Shown in pieces: positions 62,479-64,000 of a DNA stretch of 64,000 bases. A program made the position numbers and the translations under genes. Position 1 is the stretch's first letter, and the number at the start of each line of letters is the position of its first letter. Under the pieces are notes generated by a model, which saw only the letters and a program-made list of their open reading frames with translations, was not told the DNA's origin and ran no database searches. The DNA is from Mustelus asterias (taxonomy: Eukaryota). The stretch covers positions 24,862,001 through 24,926,000 of the forward strand of contig NC_135801.1 of assembly GCF_964213995.1 (NCBI RefSeq), read 5' to 3'.

Positions 62479-62809
62479 TGTGGTGAACCATCGTTGGTTC
62501 CCACCAGGTAGTACTGAGCCAGGGTCTGGCCAGTACTATGAGTCTGTATATATGTTGCTGCTGGGGTTAGGGTTGGGTTGTTCTACTTGTTACGGTTGGG
62601 GTTAGGGTTGGGCTGTTTTACCTGTATTATAGTTATTATGGTACATCCCAGTCGGGCTCCGCCTCCTGGGAGAGGTATAAAGGTCACTGCTCTGTCTGGG
62701 ACCCCTCAGTCTGGGATCGTGTACTATATATGGTAGCTTCATTGTAATAGTAAATAAAAGCCTTTATTTCCTTGAGCATCTCTAGCCTCGTGAGTTATAT
62801 CGCGCATCG
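62479..62809 (+). repeat. 3' LTR (331 bp)
   Basis: Matches the 5' LTR apart from about 5 substitutions and one 35-bp unit; intact AATAAA; ends CG rather than CA. Confidence 0.95.
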
Positions 62810-63659
62810 ACATTACAAATAGCAAACAAACTTAAATGTTCTGAATGATTTGAATTATGATAAACTGTAAAAAGGGGATTGTTATCATTTGAGCGAAGAA
62901 CTGTGTCACTTTGTCACGATGACACCATGTACAAACAACTTGGTAATAAGTTTCATTGGGAACTGTGTACTTTGGGCTGTATTTCCTGCTAACACCCACC
63001 TCTGACTAAAAAGTCAGTCGGGATTCCACACATGAAAGAGCTGGCTGCCTCACAGCCATTTTATGCTCCGGGAGCATTTATTGGCTCAGGTTAGGACTTC
63101 CAGCCCCATTTGGGGATGAACCCCTGTCTTAAAGAGCTTCCAGCCAACCAGGTTGGCTCGCAGCTTTGTCATACCAGCAGTGCCATGTTCGATTGGTGGC
63201 CACTAGTTGGACTAGTCACCCATCACAAACAAGAGGAAGTTATGGAAGCTGGACTTCGGGAAAGTCCAGGATATCAACAGGAATTGGCTGGCAAGCCCCA
63301 ATGGCAGGGGTCAGGGGTTGGAAAGGATCATGTTTGAGAGAGTGGTGTGGGGGTAGGGTTAAATGGGGTTATGACCTGGTGGGGAGATGCCTCTAATGGA
63401 TACCAATACCCTGCCAAAGGAGATGCACTCCCCTTCTTGCCAGACACAGCTTGCCAAGTAAAACCTGTTGAGCTACCCTCTGCCTATACTGTGGTAAAAT
63501 AGTGGTGGGGCAGGAAGAGGTACTTAATTGGCTATTAATTGCGCACTGAAAGGCCTCAATAAACCCAAGGGTGAGCGGGCACCTCCACTGCCACCCTGTA
63601 AAACAGGTCAGAGATGGTTGGGAAGTTAGCAACCAGGCGCTGCATGTTACACCATCAAA

Positions 63660-64000
63660 AACACTGGCGGAAGGCTCTGTATCTGAATGCCCATAGCATT
63701 TGAAACAAAACAGATGAACTGATAGTGTAAATAGAAATAAATAAGCACAGTCTGAAAGCCATTACAGAGACCTGGCTGCAGGGTGACATAGATTGGGACT
63801 TGAATATTGAAGGGTATGTAATGTTTCGGAAGGACAGGATGTTCGGAAAAGGTGGAGGGGTGGCTCTGTTAATTAATGATGGTAGCAACACAATAGAACA
63901 GGATAGGCTAAGTTCAGCAAACCAGGATGTAAAAACGGTCTGGGTTGAGATGAGAAATGATAATGGCAAGCAGTCACCATGGGATTAGTGCATGTACAGG
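63660..64000 (+). mobile_element. CR1 APE endonuclease fragment running off the window
   Basis: LYLNAHSI, AITETWL, FRKDR..KGGGVALL, VWVEMRN. Confidence 0.85.

Larger units (their letters stand above)
58015..62809 (+). mobile_element. Full-length Ty3/Gypsy LTR retrotransposon (Mag-like double Zn knuckle), frameshifted
   Basis: Two LTRs, 5-bp TSD acatt (58010-58014, 62810-62814), PPT aaaggaggggtgaa at 62465-62478, gag-PR-RT-RH-IN order. Confidence 0.97.

Overview
Repeat-dense vertebrate DNA, most likely cartilaginous fish/shark (inferred from HE1-type V-SINEs, Deu-domain SINEs and abundant CR1 LINEs). I could not support any host protein-coding exon. The window is a layered pile of mobile elements. 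It holds many tRNA-derived SINEs and CR1, L2, RTE and Rex/Babar LINE fragments, plus one nearly full-length CR1 with open ORF1/ORF2 (50877-54779, minus). It also holds two decayed Harbinger transposons, a full-length frameshifted Gypsy LTR element (58015-62809), and several Penelope-like (GIY-YIG) insertions carrying minimal hammerhead ribozyme motifs. Two observations stand out. (1) A TSD-flanked cassette (25104-25996) in which two inverted hammerhead-bearing Penelope 3' ends enclose an inverted, about 97% identical copy of 348 bp of DNA lying about 1 kb upstream. (2) The Gypsy element has no TGG tRNA primer site; the 15 nt at the PBS position are instead complementary to its own LTR across the poly(A) signal, suggesting self-priming, and its RT motif is YLDN. 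Family names rest on motif recognition by eye, mismatch counts are manual, and boundaries of old repeats are approximate.
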